DNA of 64,000 nt, taken from the NCBI GenBank assembly GCA_030648835.1, contig JAUSGT010000002.1, forward strand, positions 437,458-501,457, in the 5' to 3' direction. A model generated the notes under the pieces. It was not told the DNA's origin and made no database searches. It saw nothing but the letters and a program-made list of their open reading frames with translations. Made by a program: the position numbers and the translations under genes. Source of the stretch: Candidatus Moraniibacteriota bacterium. GTDB lineage: Bacteria > Patescibacteriota > Minisyncoccia > Moranbacterales > UBA1568. Shown here piece by piece: positions 35,140 through 45,352 of the stretch. Numbering within the stretch: position 1 is the first letter of the stretch; every line of letters starts with the position of its first letter.

Positions 35140-36318
35140 ATGAAAATCCTTGTTGTTGCGCCGACACCATTTTTTTCCGATCGCGGTACGCATATCCGTA
35201 TTCTGGAAGAAGCGCTGGCGCTCGAAAAACGCGGAGCGGAGGTGACTATCGCGACGTATCATATCGGAGCCAAGCTTCCGCAACATTTAAACACGAAAAT
35301 AGACGTGCGGCGGATCAGACGTCTGCTTTTTTGGTACAAGAAGCTTGAGGCCGGACCCGATTGGCAGAAAATCATTCTCGACCTGATGCTTATCAAAAAA
35401 ACTTTCTTCCTCGCCCGTACTTGGAAACCGGACATCATTCACGGCCATTTGCATGAAGGCGCGCTCATCGGCTTCATCGTGCAGAAAGCGCTTTTTTGGA
35501 GAAAAATAAAACTGGTTGCGGATTTTCACGGCAGTCTTACCAAGGAAATGGCGTCGCATAGTTATTTGCGGGCGAGCGGACTCATGAAATTTTTTGAAAT
35601 GATTGAGCGTTTCATCGACACGTTGGGTGACGCGGCAGTCGCCAGTTCGTGGGACAACATCGCCAGGATAAACACGGCACGCAAGCATGATCCGGCGCGC
35701 ATTCTTTTGGATGGCACGCGACTCTCCATGTTCGAAGGTCAGCCGGAAGCTTCTCTCGCCCGAGCCGCTTACCGTATTCCACAGGAGAAAGTGGTCATCG
35801 TTTACACCGGTGCGCTTATCGCGAACAAAGGGATCAAGCTGTTGCTCGATGCCGTGCCGATCATATGCGCGCGGTACCAAGAGGCGCATTTTGTCATTGC
35901 CGGATTTCCGGTGGACCAAATCACGGAGTATGTGAAGCAAGCTATTTTCAAAACGCGGGTGACGATCATCAGTCCGCTTTCGTATTTTGAATTGCCAAAG
36001 ATTCTTTGTATGAGCGATATCGGTGTTGATCCCAAAGAATCGGATACGCGACAAGCCAGTGGAAAAATGCTTCAATATATGGGAGCGGGATTGCCGATTG
36101 CGTGTTTTGATACACAAAACAATCGCGAGTATTTGGCTGACGGCGGGATATATGCTGGGGAAACCACGCCCGAAGGTCTGGCGCTTGCCATAGGAGAGCT
36201 CATTTCTTCTCGAGAACTGCGCCAGGTAAAGGGATCAATCAACCGTCAGCGGGCGAAAATATTCAGTTGGGAGGCATCCGCGGAAAAATTGGAGAAGATT
36301 TACAATGATATTTCATAA
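35140..36318 (+). CDS. Glycosyltransferase family 1/4 (GT-B)
   Basis: GT-B fold with the C-terminal GAGLPIACFD motif region. Confidence 0.7.
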   Translation: MKILVVAPTPFFSDRGTHIRILEEALALEKRGAEVTIATYHIGAKLPQHLNTKIDVRRIRRLLFWYKKLEAGPDWQKIILDLMLIKKTFFLARTWKPDIIHGHLHEGALIGFIVQKALFWRKIKLVADFHGSLTKEMASHSYLRASGLMKFFEMIERFIDTLGDAAVASSWDNIARINTARKHDPARILLDGTRLSMFEGQPEASLARAAYRIPQEKVVIVYTGALIANKGIKLLLDAVPIICARYQEAHFVIAGFPVDQITEYVKQAIFKTRVTIISPLSYFELPKILCMSDIGVDPKESDTRQASGKMLQYMGAGLPIACFDTQNNREYLADGGIYAGETTPEGLALAIGELISSRELRQVKGSINRQRAKIFSWEASAEKLEKIYNDIS

Positions 36319-36329
36319 GGCACTTACTC

Positions 36330-37502
36330 ATGAAGCTTTTTCTTATCAAAATAGGTAAAGCCTGGAATGTGCTCAGGCGGGATGGAGCGTGGCGTGGCGG
36401 AAGGCGTGTCTATGGCGCATTTCTCGCTTTGTTCCGGCGTGTGCGGCCGGGCGATATATTGTTTATTACGAACGGTGTCGGAGACAGCGCGCGGTATCGT
36501 ACGACTCATATAGCGGAAGAACTTGAACAAAACGGATTCACAACAGCTCTTACGGTGCAAGATAATCCCTTTCTTCTCTCCTACGTAGATAAATTTTCTG
36601 TTTTTGTTTTTCATCGCGTATTGTTCACGGAAAAAGTCAAGCAGTTTATTGAGCTAATCAAAACACAAAAGAAAGAGATTATTTTTGAGGCTGATGATCT
36701 GGTATATGATCCGCAATTTTTGCAATATATGGCCGGTTATGATGACATGAATACGTTCGAACGTAAATTGTATGAAAACGGTCTGGGAGGGGAGATTATC
36801 AATGATCCGTATGTGAAAGCTTGCACTACCACGACGACGTTTCTTGCCGAACGATTGAACGAAAGAGGCAAGCAGGTCTTTGTCGTTCGCAATAAAGTTT
36901 CAAAAGATGATGTGGCATATGCTGAAAAGACACTACAAGAGGCACGCAGAGATTCTGGTTTTGTGCGTCTGTGTTATCTCTCGGGTACCGCAAGTCACAA
37001 TAAGGATTTTGCGACCATTACCGATGCGCTGCTTGTGCTTTTTGAAAAATATCCGGAGCTGCGTCTTGTTTTGGCCGGGCCGCTCCACACCGGGGACAAG
37101 CTGACTCCATTTAGAGACCGTATTGAGAAGGTACCATTTTTGTCACGGGAAAAATATTTCACCCTTGTGGCCCAAATGGATATCAATCTGGCGCCGCTTG
37201 AGATAGGCAATCCGTTTTGTGAATCCAAATCGGAACTGAAGTGGTTTGAGGCGGGACTGCTTTCCGTACCGACGGTGGCAGCCGGGACAAAAACGTTCAA
37301 AGAGGCTATTATAGATGGTGTGGATGGGTATGTGGCTACGACAAGCGAAGAATGGATCGTCAAGCTTTCCCGATTGATTGAGGACAGCGGGTTTCGGAAA
37401 CAGATGGGAGAGAGGGCGCGGGAAAAAGTTTTGGAGCGGTACACGACTCACACCGGAAAGAGCGAAGAATATTATAATTATTTACGATCAAAAATTGTAT
37501 GA
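36330..37502 (+). CDS. Glycosyltransferase group-1-like protein
   Basis: C-terminal ESKSELKWFEAGLLSVPTVAAG, analogous to the E..G..xxEAmA.G.PvV motif of GT-B enzymes. Confidence 0.5.
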   Translation: MKLFLIKIGKAWNVLRRDGAWRGGRRVYGAFLALFRRVRPGDILFITNGVGDSARYRTTHIAEELEQNGFTTALTVQDNPFLLSYVDKFSVFVFHRVLFTEKVKQFIELIKTQKKEIIFEADDLVYDPQFLQYMAGYDDMNTFERKLYENGLGGEIINDPYVKACTTTTTFLAERLNERGKQVFVVRNKVSKDDVAYAEKTLQEARRDSGFVRLCYLSGTASHNKDFATITDALLVLFEKYPELRLVLAGPLHTGDKLTPFRDRIEKVPFLSREKYFTLVAQMDINLAPLEIGNPFCESKSELKWFEAGLLSVPTVAAGTKTFKEAIIDGVDGYVATTSEEWIVKLSRLIEDSGFRKQMGERAREKVLERYTTHTGKSEEYYNYLRSKIV

Positions 37503-38473
37503 AGGTACTGATTACCGGTGGAGCGGGATTTATCGGGTCGGCGATAGCCAAGAAACTCATGGATCGGGGAGACAGAGTAATTCTGGTTGATAATTTCAAC
37601 GATTATTATGATCCGCAACTCAAGCATGACCGGATCAAGAAATTCTTGAAAGGCTACGAGAAACCTGCCCGCCAAGGAGGGAGTTTTCTGGTGTATACGG
37701 GTGATATCCGCGACGCGAAGTTTCTTGAGAAAGTTTTTAAGAAAGAAAAACCGGATAAAATCGTTCATCTGGCGGCGATGGCCGGAGTACGGAGTTCCCT
37801 CAGTGACCCTGCGCTGTATGTGGATGTGAATATACTTGGCACAACCAACCTTCTCGATAAGGCGGTGAAACATGGTGTAAAAAATTTCGTGTATGCTTCG
37901 ACATCATCGGTATACGGTAACAACAAAAAGCTTCCGTTTTCGGAAAAGGACAGTGTTGATACCCCGGTTTCGATTTATGCCGCGACCAAAAAAGCGGATG
38001 AGTTGATCGCTCATGTGTACAGTCACATCTACAAACTGCCGACGACAGGACTGCGTTTTTTTACGGTCTATGGCCCATGGGGACGTCCGGATATGGGTGT
38101 ATTTACATTCATCGAAAATATCATTCGCGGGAAAACGATTGACGTTTATAATTTCGGAAAAATGCGACGCAATTTTACGTACATTGATGATGTTGTTTCT
38201 GGGACGTTGGTTGTACTCGACGCTGATCTCCCGTGTGATGTGATGAATATCGGCGGTGATCGCGACGAGAAGCTTTTGGATTATATCGCAGCCGTAGAGC
38301 GTTGTTGCGGGAAAAAAGCAGAGATGAATATGTTGCCTTTGCAATCGGGGGATATGATTTCAACCGTGGCGGATATCAAAAAACTTCGCAAGTTGGGATG
38401 GAAGCCGACCACGCGCATCGATAAAGGAATCAAGAACTTTGTTCTGTGGTATCGTGAATACTACAAGGTGTAA
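37499..38473 (+). CDS. NAD-dependent nucleotide-sugar epimerase/dehydratase (UDP-glucuronate/UDP-glucose 4-epimerase-like)
   Basis: Rossmann GGAGFIGS, the catalytic YAATK (YxxxK) and ASTSSVYG. Confidence 0.85.
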   Translation: MKVLITGGAGFIGSAIAKKLMDRGDRVILVDNFNDYYDPQLKHDRIKKFLKGYEKPARQGGSFLVYTGDIRDAKFLEKVFKKEKPDKIVHLAAMAGVRSSLSDPALYVDVNILGTTNLLDKAVKHGVKNFVYASTSSVYGNNKKLPFSEKDSVDTPVSIYAATKKADELIAHVYSHIYKLPTTGLRFFTVYGPWGRPDMGVFTFIENIIRGKTIDVYNFGKMRRNFTYIDDVVSGTLVVLDADLPCDVMNIGGDRDEKLLDYIAAVERCCGKKAEMNMLPLQSGDMISTVADIKKLRKLGWKPTTRIDKGIKNFVLWYREYYKV

Positions 38474-38518
38474 TTCGCGCGGAGAGTCTCTACAAAAAAA
38501 CACAAACCAGAGGTACGT

Positions 38519-39589
38519 ATGAAATTCACAAGGCGGGAAATACTGGGTATTTTTTTGATATTGGTTGTCGGATTTTTCTCGCTCGCGTCATGGCAAGTGT
38601 TTTTTGGCGTGGTCATGACCCCCGGCGTATCCGATATTTGGCGACCGGTGCTGTGGTTTTCCGCTGTAGCGGTATTTTTCTTTCTGGGGACAATTCTCTG
38701 GACGAGTTTGCCTTTCAGAATAGCGGGAGCGGTATCCATTTTTCTCCCCGGACTTTTCTTCATGCGTTCATGGGAATATATCATAGCCGGCATCGTGTCC
38801 ACCATTTTTATTTTTTGGAGCAGTATGGTGATCGCGCGGGAAGCCAGGGAGCGCATCTATTTTCGTTTTTTCAAAAGCGCGCATGTGGGGCAGTTTCTTT
38901 TTGTTGTCGGTCTCTCGCTTTCCATTTCCGGCGGGTACTATGTTTTTTTAAAAGATGTCTCATGGGAAGAGTTGGTACCGCGGTTTCGGATTGGGCAGGA
39001 AGTGGCAGGAATTGTTTTCAAAGTCGCTGGCGCCATCAATCCGAGTTTTGCCAAATTGTCACAGGGGGATACGACCGTGGATGAATTTCTTTTGAGTCTC
39101 GAGGAAAGTGGTCCCGAGGGAGAACCTTCCTCTCAAGACAGTTTGGGAAAGAACATGAGCGTGTCGGACATTGCCGGTGCGTTCCTTCAGATGGAGCGGT
39201 TATCGAAAGGAAAGAATGAATCTCTTTTTTCCGGTGTTGATCAGGCAAAAATTGCCGAGCAATTGTTTCTTGAATCGGGGCGGGAACAGATAGCGACGCT
39301 CGTGGGGCGCAAGGTTTTGGGTAGTGAAAAAATATCCGATGTCCTTTCCCTGACTTTGCAAAACAAACTCATCACATTTTTGAGCGGGGGAAAAGAAACG
39401 CAACATATTCCTTCACAGGCAGTGCCATTTTTTCTTTCCCTTCTGCTTTTTTTGACACTCCTTTCGTTTACCTCGATTTTTATCCCCTTGTGTATTTTGG
39501 GCGCGGAACTCATTTTTATGTTTTTACTCCGGGTAGGATGGCTTACAATAGGCACATTTGTTGTTGAGCAGAAGAAACTAGTTGAGTGA
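38519..39589 (+). CDS. Polytopic membrane protein, hypothetical
   Basis: Several TM helices at both ends with a central soluble region. Confidence 0.45.
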   Translation: MKFTRREILGIFLILVVGFFSLASWQVFFGVVMTPGVSDIWRPVLWFSAVAVFFFLGTILWTSLPFRIAGAVSIFLPGLFFMRSWEYIIAGIVSTIFIFWSSMVIAREARERIYFRFFKSAHVGQFLFVVGLSLSISGGYYVFLKDVSWEELVPRFRIGQEVAGIVFKVAGAINPSFAKLSQGDTTVDEFLLSLEESGPEGEPSSQDSLGKNMSVSDIAGAFLQMERLSKGKNESLFSGVDQAKIAEQLFLESGREQIATLVGRKVLGSEKISDVLSLTLQNKLITFLSGGKETQHIPSQAVPFFLSLLLFLTLLSFTSIFIPLCILGAELIFMFLLRVGWLTIGTFVVEQKKLVE

Positions 39590-39667
39590 AAAAGCAGGGT
39601 CTTTATTTGGCACTCTCACATGGAGATTGCTAATTTTTTTGTTTTACGCTAGGATAAGAAGTGTTTG

Positions 39668-39843
39668 TTTTTACCGGCGTAGCCAACAACCTTTCAGAGA
39701 GACGCTCGTTCACCCAGCGGTTCTCTCACTTCTGAAATTTTTTCGATCCATCCCGCCAAGGCGGGACGGCACCCTGCCTACCGGCAGGCAGGCATGCTCG
39801 AAAAAAGTTCAAGCCTCTCTGGAAAGATTTTGGCTACGAAGGT
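39668..39843 (+). promoter_or_regulatory. Conserved leader-like module (diverged A plus B: CGTTC...GAAATTTTTTCGATCC, hairpin, GCACC, hairpin, ATGCTCGAAAAAAGTTCAAGCCTCTCTGGAAAGATTTTGGCTACGAAGGT) upstream of dnaJ
   Basis: It shares ordered blocks with 49334-49477. The hairpin between GATCC and CACC differs in sequence but keeps its pairing (CCCGCC/GGCGGG versus CCGTCTCT/AGAGACGG). Confidence 0.5.
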
Positions 39844-39875
39844 AAAGATGATATGCAATTACGAACAATGCAAAT

Positions 39876-40970
39876 ATGGCGAATTATTACGATCTATTGG
39901 GAGTTTCCAAGAGCGCTTCAGAAGATGAAATTAAGAAGGCTTTCCGTAAGCTGGCGCATAAGCACCATCCGGATAAGGGCGGTGGGGATGAGAAAAAATT
40001 CAAAGAGATCAATGAGGCGTACCAGGTGCTTTCCAATAAGGAAAAGCGTCATCAGTATGACCAATATGGGCAGACGTTCAGCGGCAACCCGGGTGCCGGG
40101 AGACAGGGGCAACATTCTGGCGGTTTTGATTTCAGCGGATTTTCGTCACAAGGTGGGCAAGGTTTTGATTTTTCCGGGACGGGATTCGAAGATATTTTTT
40201 CCGATATGTTCGGTGGAGGCGGACGTTCCCGTAGCCAGGCTCGTGCCGGCGCCGATATCGAAGTAGATGTGGAAATCACATTCGCGGAAATGGTAGAGGG
40301 GGTGAAAAAAGAGATTCATTTGCGCAAACTTTCAGAGTGCAGTGTCTGTCATGGAACGGGTGGAAAGCCAGGGGTGAAAGAAGAGACGTGCGGAGATTGT
40401 CAGGGCAAAGGACAAGTACAGCGTACGGTACAAACTATTTTTGGGACATTCGCGCAAGCGGTGCTTTGCGAGCGCTGCCATGGTCGGGGCAAGGTATACA
40501 GGGAAAAATGCGGAGATTGTCACGGGGCGGGACGCCTGCAGAAAGAAGAGCGGTTTTCTCTTGAAATTCCGGCTGGTGTGAATGATGGGCAGACGCTCTC
40601 CGTCCGGGGTGGTGGAGCGGCGGGAGAGGACGGCGCAAGAGCGGGCGACCTTTTTGTCAATATCCATATTCGACCGCACCCGTCATTCAAGCGGCGCGGA
40701 GACGATATCCTTTCACAACTGGAGATTACTTTCGCGCAGGCCGCTCTTGGCGATAAAGTGGAGGTGGGAACGATTGAAGGCGGCGTCACCATGAAGATTC
40801 CACAAGGGACACAGCCGGGAGAAGTTTTTCGCGTTCGTGGCAAAGGTATCCCGCACCTCGGGCATTTCGGACGCGGTGATCATCTCGTCACGGTTGTTTT
40901 GGCTGTCCCGAAGAAGCTTTCTCGCGAAGAAAAGGAACTTATCGAGAAACTGGGAAAACTCAAAGCCTAA
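39876..40970 (+). CDS. dnaJ: Chaperone DnaJ
   Basis: J domain with YYDLLGV and HPD. A Gly/Phe-rich region. Four CxxCxGxG zinc-finger repeats. A C-terminal domain. Confidence 0.9.
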   Translation: MANYYDLLGVSKSASEDEIKKAFRKLAHKHHPDKGGGDEKKFKEINEAYQVLSNKEKRHQYDQYGQTFSGNPGAGRQGQHSGGFDFSGFSSQGGQGFDFSGTGFEDIFSDMFGGGGRSRSQARAGADIEVDVEITFAEMVEGVKKEIHLRKLSECSVCHGTGGKPGVKEETCGDCQGKGQVQRTVQTIFGTFAQAVLCERCHGRGKVYREKCGDCHGAGRLQKEERFSLEIPAGVNDGQTLSVRGGGAAGEDGARAGDLFVNIHIRPHPSFKRRGDDILSQLEITFAQAALGDKVEVGTIEGGVTMKIPQGTQPGEVFRVRGKGIPHLGHFGRGDHLVTVVLAVPKKLSREEKELIEKLGKLKA

Positions 40971-41044
40971 TGTGCGTTTTGCCGCCTGGACTTTTCGAGT
41001 AGGTTCTCATACAATGAAGACACAATATTTTACAATATGTTTTT

Positions 41045-41599
41045 ATGGAAAGTGTAACCAAGATCATTGTTGTCGATGATGATGTGAATACTCGCAGTCT
41101 TTATGCCGATGCGTTCCGCGCGGTGAATTTCAATGTGCGTGAGGGGCAGGACGGACTGGATGGGTTGAAAATGGTCAATGAAGATATCCCGAATGTCATT
41201 GTCACGGGTATCATCATGCCACGAATGGATGGGTTTGCTTTTGTGGAGGAGCTCAAGAAGAACATAGCCACTGCCCATATTCCGGTCATATTCATTTCTC
41301 ACTTGGGTCGCGAGGAAGATGAAAAACGAGCCAAGGAACTTGGCGTGAAAGCTTTTTTGGTACGCGATATGACATCCCCCCGTGACATGATTGAGCGTGT
41401 CAATAATCTTCTCACATCCAAGGAATATATTCTGGCTCTTGATCCGTTCGGTTTTGACGCGTCGAAATTTGCCGATGATTTCAAACTGAATCCGGATTTT
41501 GTCTGCCCCGAAGAGAAGGCCGGTGGTCGGGTGGTACTCAAGTTGCGCAAGCGTGATGGGGATAACAAACATTTTGACGCGGAAATCACGTGCGCTTGA
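41045..41599 (+). CDS. Stand-alone response-regulator receiver (CheY-like) domain with an uncharacterised ~60-aa C-terminal tail
   Basis: KIIVVDDD... with conserved Asp positions (DD, D at the phospho-acceptor position in IIMPRMDG) and a conserved Lys. Confidence 0.7.
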   Translation: MESVTKIIVVDDDVNTRSLYADAFRAVNFNVREGQDGLDGLKMVNEDIPNVIVTGIIMPRMDGFAFVEELKKNIATAHIPVIFISHLGREEDEKRAKELGVKAFLVRDMTSPRDMIERVNNLLTSKEYILALDPFGFDASKFADDFKLNPDFVCPEEKAGGRVVLKLRKRDGDNKHFDAEITCA

Positions 41600-41640
41600 T
41601 GTTGTTTGCAAAACAGGCTTTGTAATTTTGATTTTCCATT

Positions 41641-43350
41641 ATGGCAGTATGGAAGCTTCGATCGGATACTCATTCGGGAATGGCAATGGATAAGAAGTAT
41701 CACCCGGTAGTTCTGGCACTTCTTGCTTCGCGTGGCTATGCGGATGAAGAGGCGTATGAGCGTTTTCTTTTTCCGAACTTCGATCGTGATATTCACGATC
41801 CTTTTTTGTTTCAAGAGATGGAGCGAGTCGTAGAGCGTATCGGCGCTGCCAAAGAAAAGAATGAATGTATCGGGATATTTGGCGATTACGACGCCGATGG
41901 GGTGACTTCTTCCGTCATTATCCGTGAAGCGCTCACGGCACTCGCTGTCCCCGTGGTGGTCTACATTCCGGAGAAATTGAGCGAGGGACACGGACTGAGT
42001 ATGGGAGCGGTCGATTTTTTCGAGCGCGAGGGAGTCAAACTTATTCTGACTCTTGATTGTGGTATGACGAACCATGAAGAGATCAGCGAGGCCAAACGCC
42101 GCGGTATCGCCACCGTTGTGATCGATCATCATCATGTTCCAAAAGTACTTCCGGAAGCTTTTGCCATCATCAATCCGCAATTGCCGAGCGAGACATACCC
42201 TTTTCGGGAACTGTGTGGCGCGGGGACCAGTTTCAAAGTGGCGCAGGCCCTGTATGTGCGCTATTTGCCGCAAGAGACCGACCAGTTGAAGTGGCTCTTG
42301 GATGTCGTGGCTGTCGGTACGGTGGCGGATGTGATGCCGCTCATTGGTGAGAATCGTGTCATTGTAAAATATGGCCTTATCGTTCTGGCGAAAACGCGCC
42401 GAGTGGGTTTTCAGGAAATGTTTTCCGTGGGCGGTATCAAAATCGATGAACATACCAAGCCGGACGCCCGGACCATCGGATTCCGTATCGCGCCGCGTAT
42501 CAACGCGGCCTCCCGGATGGCGCACGCGATGTTGGCGCATGAACTGCTCATGGAAAAGGATCAGGCTCACGCGCGAGTGTTGGCGCTCGAGCTGGATGCC
42601 CACAATGTAGCCCGTCAGAAAATAAGCGCCTCGATGACAGAAGAGATCAGAATCATCGCTTCGACAAAATACCGGGACAAAAAATTTATTTTCGCTGTGG
42701 GTGAGCATTTCCCGTATGGTATCGTCGGATTGGTGGCAGGAAAAATCGCGGGGGAATTTCATAAACCCACCTGTGTCCTGACACGAGGCGTCGAAACGAG
42801 TCAGGGATCGTTTCGGAGCATTCCGGAACTGAATATTATCGAGAATCTTGAGCAGTGCGGTGAACTGCTGATGAAATTCGGCGGGCATGCCCAGGCGGCG
42901 GGGATGACGATTTGGAATGAGAATCTGGAAAAGTTCTATGAGAAATTCAACGCGTTGGTGGAGAAAAAATTGGCGAGTATTGTTACCGAACCGGAATTAT
43001 GGATTGATCTCTGTCTCAAGCCGGAGCATATCACGCCGCAGCTTTGCCGCGACATCATGCTTTTCTCCCCATTTGGCGAAGGCAATCCGGAACCGATTTT
43101 TCTGCTCGAGAATATGCGTGTTGAGGAAGTTCGCCTGGTGGGGAACGGAAACAAGCATTTGAAACTGCGGCTGGTATCGCCTGACGGTACGAAACATTTT
43201 GACGCTATCGGATTTTCTTTGGGAGGGGCAGTGGCCGATTTGAAGAAGGATGAAGTGCTTGACGTAGTCTTTCAATTGAGCGAGAATACTTGGAACGGAA
43301 CTACCACGATTCAGCTGAAACTCATTGATATCAGGCGCAAGAGTTCCTAA
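41641..43350 (+). CDS. recJ: Single-stranded-DNA-specific exonuclease RecJ (DHH/DHHA1)
   Basis: IFGDYDADGVTS, the DHHH motif and a C-terminal DHHA1-like region. Confidence 0.85.
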   Translation: MAVWKLRSDTHSGMAMDKKYHPVVLALLASRGYADEEAYERFLFPNFDRDIHDPFLFQEMERVVERIGAAKEKNECIGIFGDYDADGVTSSVIIREALTALAVPVVVYIPEKLSEGHGLSMGAVDFFEREGVKLILTLDCGMTNHEEISEAKRRGIATVVIDHHHVPKVLPEAFAIINPQLPSETYPFRELCGAGTSFKVAQALYVRYLPQETDQLKWLLDVVAVGTVADVMPLIGENRVIVKYGLIVLAKTRRVGFQEMFSVGGIKIDEHTKPDARTIGFRIAPRINAASRMAHAMLAHELLMEKDQAHARVLALELDAHNVARQKISASMTEEIRIIASTKYRDKKFIFAVGEHFPYGIVGLVAGKIAGEFHKPTCVLTRGVETSQGSFRSIPELNIIENLEQCGELLMKFGGHAQAAGMTIWNENLEKFYEKFNALVEKKLASIVTEPELWIDLCLKPEHITPQLCRDIMLFSPFGEGNPEPIFLLENMRVEEVRLVGNGNKHLKLRLVSPDGTKHFDAIGFSLGGAVADLKKDEVLDVVFQLSENTWNGTTTIQLKLIDIRRKSS

Positions 43351-43381
43351 ACCAGCAGTTCTTTTGTAATGGAGGTGGGCG

Positions 43382-43810
43382 ATGAATGCACGTATACGCC
43401 ACGAAAACCCACCGACATTCAAGGTGGGGCAATTGGTGTGTTTCGAACTTCCGGGGAAAAAGGAGCCGTGGAACCGGTATTGGAATATTGGTGTGATTGT
43501 TTCTCTTTTGGCCAAGAAAAATAACGAAGCACAACTTTTCGAAGTGCGGCCATATGAGATACCGGAACCTCTCCATCCCTATGAACCGGAAGCAGAGTGG
43601 GCCTGTTTGGATCCTTTGCGAATCAGTCTCGACCGTGAAGTGTTCATACTCGACTTTTTGGACACCCAAACGCAGGTGGTGATAAAAAAAAGCTCAAAAA
43701 CCATTCAGGTGTCAGTCGCGGATCTTTGCCCGGCTCGGTATGACCGTTTTCGGCGGGCTTTGACGGAGGGAAAGACGCTTCCGTTCAGCGGGAAAAAGTC
43801 TTTTTGGTAA
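43382..43810 (+). CDS. Hypothetical protein
   Basis: Long ORF with no recognisable motif. Confidence 0.4.
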   Translation: MNARIRHENPPTFKVGQLVCFELPGKKEPWNRYWNIGVIVSLLAKKNNEAQLFEVRPYEIPEPLHPYEPEAEWACLDPLRISLDREVFILDFLDTQTQVVIKKSSKTIQVSVADLCPARYDRFRRALTEGKTLPFSGKKSFW

Positions 43811-43900
43811 ACGGCTGCAGGCACATTGTTTGGCAGCCGTTTTTTTGTATAAAAATCAAGAGATATGCTATCCTAAAAAAGATCCGGTTATATTTTTGTT

Positions 43901-44329
43901 ATGGAAAAGATTATCATGTATAGCGATGGAGGGTCGCGGGGCAATCCCGGACCGGCGGCTTTGGGCGTTCATATAGAGACGCTTGGTAAGAGTTATGGTG
44001 AATATTTGGGAGAAAAGACGAACAATGAGGCTGAATACGCGGCTATCGTCTTCGGTCTGAAGAAGATCAAGGCGCTTATCGGAAAGGCAAAAGCGAAACA
44101 AACGAGCGTTGAATGCCGGATGGATAGCGAACTGGCTTGCAAGCAATTGAATCACGAGTACAAGATAGAGAATGAGAAGCTGCAGCCGTTGTTTTTGGAA
44201 GTCTGGAATCTCAGCTTGGATTTTATGGCGGTGAAATTTGTTCACGTGCGACGGGAGTTGAATACGGTGGCGGATGCCTGTGCCAACAAGGCGATGGATG
44301 AAGCGGAAAAGAAGAGAGGGTTGTTTTGA
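43901..44329 (+). CDS. rnhA: Ribonuclease HI
   Basis: YSDGGSRGNPGPAALGV and the conserved DEDD-type residues. Confidence 0.8.
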   Translation: MEKIIMYSDGGSRGNPGPAALGVHIETLGKSYGEYLGEKTNNEAEYAAIVFGLKKIKALIGKAKAKQTSVECRMDSELACKQLNHEYKIENEKLQPLFLEVWNLSLDFMAVKFVHVRRELNTVADACANKAMDEAEKKRGLF

Positions 44330-44332
44330 TCT

Positions 44333-45352
44333 TTGTGTTTTCCTAAAATTATGTTCACCAGGAAAAAAATCATTATTAGCGGCATACTCATCGTGGCGGT
44401 AGGCGGTTTTTTATCCTATCGAAGCCGTACTGCAGTGGAAGTAGTCCAGACGGAAACCGTGAAGCGTGGTGATGTGGTGGAAACGGTGAGTGTGACCGGA
44501 GAACTGATGCCGGCGGAATACGCTGATCTTTCTTTTCCGGGAGCGGGAGTGATTGATCGGGTTTTTGTGAAAGAAGGAGATATGGTGGCGGTAGGCGGCA
44601 GAATTGCTTCTCTTGACCGGTCGGTCTTGTGGTCGCAACTGAAGGAATCCCGTATCGCGCTGGCTATTGTCGAAGAGAGTGAAAAATTGGCTCGTCGGCA
44701 TGGTTGGAAAAGTTTGAATGAAGAAGAACGGGCTGCCAAAAAACTTACTACGGAACAATCCAAAGAAAAAGTTCGTACCATCGAAGCAGAGATGCAAAAG
44801 GGTGTTCTTTTGTCGCCGCTGGGCGGCCAGGTGACGAAACTGGATGCCCGTCTGGGCGAAGTTGCCAGCTTGGGGGAAGTGGTGGCACATGTCGTCAAGG
44901 CCGGGGAGTTTGTCATCGAAGCTCGGGTGCCGGAATCGGATATAACCAAAATAACCATTGGTATGCGATCAAAAGTTACCTTTGACGCTTTCCGTGCCGA
45001 TGAGATTTTTGACGCCGAGGTGACGGAAATCAAGCCTGCCTCAACCGTTGTGCAGGATGTGGTTTCTTATAAGGTGAAGTTTCGTTTGGGAAATGTCGAC
45101 AGCCGTCTGAAAGAAGGGATGACGGCCAATATCGATATTGAAACCGCCAAGCGAGAACGCGTTCTTATGGTGCCGTCTCGAGTGTTTGTCAAAGAAGGAG
45201 GCAAGTCCTTTGTAGAGGTGAAACAGGCCAATGGCTCATTTGTGAAAACAGAGGTCACAACGGGGCTGGAAGGTGACGATGGCACGATTGAAATCACATC
45301 CGGTCTGAAAGAGGGGAATGAAGTTTCCACTTTGGCTACGCAAAAGAAATGA
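44333..45352 (+). CDS. Periplasmic adaptor subunit (HlyD/MacA family)
   Basis: N-terminal TM helix, then coiled-coil, lipoyl and beta-barrel-like segments. It is followed by an ABC ATPase and FtsX permeases. Confidence 0.7.
   Translation: MCFPKIMFTRKKIIISGILIVAVGGFLSYRSRTAVEVVQTETVKRGDVVETVSVTGELMPAEYADLSFPGAGVIDRVFVKEGDMVAVGGRIASLDRSVLWSQLKESRIALAIVEESEKLARRHGWKSLNEEERAAKKLTTEQSKEKVRTIEAEMQKGVLLSPLGGQVTKLDARLGEVASLGEVVAHVVKAGEFVIEARVPESDITKITIGMRSKVTFDAFRADEIFDAEVTEIKPASTVVQDVVSYKVKFRLGNVDSRLKEGMTANIDIETAKRERVLMVPSRVFVKEGGKSFVEVKQANGSFVKTEVTTGLEGDDGTIEITSGLKEGNEVSTLATQKK

Noticed and set aside
39794-39931. Conserved upstream ORF (leader peptide) in the B module
   Set aside because: The peptide-level similarity between the two copies is explained by ~75-80% nucleotide identity with substitutions not biased to third positions. 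I kept it as a low-weight hypothesis in the findings rather than annotating it as a CDS.
39853-40266. 137-aa ORF overlapping the dnaJ start in another frame
   Set aside because: It lies fully inside the well-supported dnaJ coding region and the leader module and has no motifs. It is an alternative-frame artefact.
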